Source: Mobula hypostoma | Taxonomy: Eukaryota | DNA: 64,000 nt | Direction: 5' to 3' | NCBI RefSeq assembly: GCF_963921235.1 | Contig: NC_086097.1 | Coordinates: 12,276,001 to 12,340,000 of the forward strand | In this document: one piece after another, positions 61,072 through 64,000 of the stretch | Layout: the number at the start of each line of letters is the position of its first letter | Position numbering within the stretch: position 1 is the stretch's first letter | The notes under the pieces: generated by a model | Database searches by the model: none | The model's input: the letters and a program-made list of their open reading frames with translations, nothing else | Told to the model about the DNA's origin: nothing | Position numbers and translations under genes: made by a program

Positions 61072-62065
61072 CAGCCTCCGGGTCCAACATACGACTCTTC
61101 ATAACTTCCTCCACCTCCAGCGGGATCCCACCACTAAGCACATCGTTGCCTCACCGCTCCCCCCCCCACGCTTTCCGCAGGGATTGCTCCCTACGCGACT
61201 CCCTTGTTCATTCGTTTCCCCCCCCCCCCAATCCCTTCCCACCGATCTCTCTCCTGCCACTTATCCTTGTAAGCGGAACAAGTGCTACACATGCCCTTAC
61301 ACTTCCTCCCTTACCACCATTCAGGGCCCCAGACAGTCCTTCCAGGTGAGGCGACAATTCACCTGTGAGACGGCTGGGGTGATATACTGCATCCAGTGCT
61401 CCTGATGCGGCCTCCTATATACTGGCGAGACCCGACGCAGACTGGGAGACCGCTTTGCTGATCACCTACGCTCTGTCCGCCAGAGAAAGCAGGATCTCCC
61501 AGTGGCCACACATTTTAATTCCACGTCCCATTCCCATTCTGATAATGTCTATCCACGGCCTCCTCTACTGTCAAGATGAAGCCACACTCAGGTTGGAGGA
61601 ACAACACCTTATACTCCATCTGGGTAGCCTCCAACCTGGTGGCATGAACATTGACTTCTCTAACTTCCGTTAATGCCCCACCTCCCCTTCGTACCCCATC
61701 CATTATTTATTTATTATTATTATTATTATATTTATGTATTTTTTTCTGTCTCTTTTTCTCCCTCTGTCCCTCTCACTATACTCCTTGCCCATCCTCTGGG
61801 ATTCCCCCCTCCCCTTTTCTTTCTCCCTCAGCCTCCCATCTCATGATCCTCTCAATCAACTTTCCAGCTCTTGGCTTCATCCCTCCCCCTCCTGTCTTCT
61901 CCTATCGTTTCGGATCTCCCCCTCCCCCTCCCGCTTTCAAATCTCTTACTATCTCTTCTTTCAGTTAGTCCTGACGAGGGGTCTTGGCCCGAAACGTCGA
62001 CTGTATCTCTTCCTATCGATGCTGCTCGGCCTGCTGCGTTCACCAACAATTTTTATGTGTGTTGC
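61072..62065 (+). mobile_element. Young 5'-truncated Penelope-like element (GIY-YIG domain plus pLTR)
   Basis: CKRNKCYTCPY...FTCETAGVIYCIQCS*CGLLYTGETRRRLGDRFADH; 7-bp TSD ttggaat at 61065-61071 and 62066-62072. Confidence 0.9.
61966..62003 (+). ncRNA. Minimal type I hammerhead ribozyme motif
   Basis: tagtc-CTGACGA-ggggtcttggccc-GAAA-cGTC^gactg; stem I agtc/gact, stem II ggg/ccc, predicted cleavage after C61998. Confidence 0.65.
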
Positions 62066-62744
62066 TTGGAATGCTGTCGTTTGCTTCTATTGTTTGTATG
62101 ATGTGTGTTTTTTTCTCCCTCTCTTTCTCTGTGCAATGATTATGGTCTTTTTTTTAAATGGGTTCTTCGAGTTTCTTGCTTATGGCTGCCTGTAGGCAAA
62201 CAAATCTCAAGGTATATAATTTATACATTCTTTGACAATAAATGTTCTTTGAAATCTGTAAAATCTTTGCGATCTTTGATTAAGCATTCTTTGTTGTTTA
62301 CGTAGTTTTCTACCATCTGCGAGATTTGTTCTTTTTTTTCCTCGTTGGGTGTTTGATGTATTTTAGAACGTTGGTGGTTATTTGTTTCATGGCAGTCTGT
62401 GGGAAGATGAATCTCAGGGTTGTTTATTCATTGATAGTAAATGTACTTTGAACCTATGAGTCATTGCAGGTTATTACTCCATGACTTCATATGTGTGCCC
62501 CTTACTAAAAGTAAAAGCGAAATGTTCACGTTGTCCCTGGCTCTGTGTTTTTTAAAATTAGTTTTATGTTTTACAGTTACAAAACATATCAGTCTCCTAA
62601 AATAACCTTAACCTCTCGTGGATTATTTCATCATGTTTATACTGTCCATTATAGAACATCATCACCACCCCCCCAACTCAAATTCCTTTACCCATCTCCC
62701 TCATTCATTTCATTTTTCCCAATGAAGCAGAATTGAATCATAAA

Positions 62745-63505
62745 CACAAGAGATTCTGCAAATATTGGAAATCCAGAGCCACACACACAACTTGCTGGAG
62801 GAACTCAGCAGGTCAGGAATAAATGAATAGTCGACGTTTTGGGCCGAGACCCTTCATCAGGACTGGGAAGGATGTCAGAATAAGAAGATGGGGGGCTGGG
62901 AAGGAGAACAAGCTAGAAGATGATAGGTGAAGCCAGGTGGGTGGGGAATGAAGTAAGAAGGTAGGTGGTGATAGGTGGAAAAGGCAAAGGGCTGGGGAAG
63001 AAGGAATCTGATAGGAGAAGAGAGTGAACCATCAGAGAAAGGGAAAGAAGAGGAGCCACCAGGGAGAGATGATAGGCAGGTGAGGGGAAGGGATAAGAGA
63101 CCAGAATGGGGAAATAAAGAAGGGGAAAGGAGGAGGGAAATAGATGTTCATGCCATCAGGTTGGTGGCTACCTGGATGGAATATGAGGTGTTGCTCCTCC
63201 AACCTGAGAGTGGCCTTACTATGGCAGATGAGGAGGCAATGTACTGACATGTCGGAATGGGCAAAGGAATTAAAATATTTGGCCACTGGGAAATCTCATT
63301 TTTTGCAGATGGAACAGGGTTATTCAACAAAGTGGTCCTCCCGTCACACTGGGTCTCACCAATATTGAGGAGGATGCATCCGGAGCATGAGATACAATAG
63401 AAGCCCCCAACAAATTTGCAGGTGAAGTGTTAGCTCACTTGGAAAGACTGTTTGGGGCCCTGAATGGAGGTAAGGGAGGAGGTGAATGGGCCGATGTAGT
63501 ACTTG
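62745..63505 (-). mobile_element. Penelope-like element 3' portion
   Basis: ATLRLEEQHLIFH.GS.QPDGMNI; pLTR with hammerhead box where GAAA reads AAAA (about 62828-62865). Confidence 0.8.
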
Positions 63506-63506
63506 T

Positions 63507-64000
63507 AGAATAGAAACATAGAAACATAGAAAATAGGTGCAGGAGTAGGCCATTCGGCCCTTCGAGCCTGCACCGCCATTTATTATGATCATGGCTGATC
63601 ATCCAACTCAGAACCCAGCCTTCCCTCCATACCCCCTGACCCCTGTAGCCACAAGGGCCATATCTAACTTCCTTTTAAACATAGCTAATGAACTGGCCTC
63701 AACAGTTTGCTGTGGCAGAGAATTCCACAGATTCACCACTCTCTGTGTGAAGAAGTTTTTCCTAACCTCGGTCCTAAAAGGCTTCCCCTCTATCCTCAAA
63801 CTGTGACCCCTCGTTCTAGACCTCCCCAACATCGGGAACAATCTTCCTGCATCTAGCCTGTCCAATCCCTTTAGGATCTTATACGTTTCAATCAGATCCC
63901 CCCTCAATCTTCTAAATTCCAACGAGTACAAGCCCAGTTCATCCAGTCTTTCTTCATATGAAAGACCTGCCATCCCAGGAATCAATCTGGTGAACCTTCT
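63507..64000 (-). mobile_element. Young CR1 LINE 3' end (runs off the window)
   Basis: Uninterrupted ORF2 C-terminus GLYSLEFRRLRGDLIETYKIL...FFTQRVVNLWNSLP; (tttctatg)n tail. Confidence 0.93.

Overview
Repeat-dense vertebrate non-coding DNA, intronic or intergenic. The repeat mix (CR1, Rex/Babar, Penelope, V-domain SINEs, DeuSINE relics) suggests a cartilaginous fish, which is an inference. No host gene could be recognised. The only long ORF (50896-53835, minus strand, 979 aa) belongs to a very young Gmr1-like Gypsy LTR retrotransposon (49846-54811). It has 878-bp LTRs with one mismatch seen, a CATG target-site duplication (TSD), a tRNA-Pro primer binding site and a polypurine tract. Gag (SCAN-type capsid, CCHC knuckle) and protease look intact. 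Integrase and RT are reduced to in-frame remnants, with the expected YIDD read as CIGN, so it appears to be a mobile non-autonomous Gag-PR element. Other notable items: minimal hammerhead-ribozyme motifs in the termini of many Penelope copies (best at 61966-62003), fold-back Penelope mini-elements, an R4/Dong relic inserted in the (TAA)n tail of an L2, a possible composite Tc1-like element bounded by two tiny hairpin MITEs, RTE-related SINEs, candidate solo LTRs and a 23-bp minisatellite. Family assignments come from motif recognition by eye, not database searches. Boundaries of old repeats are approximate.
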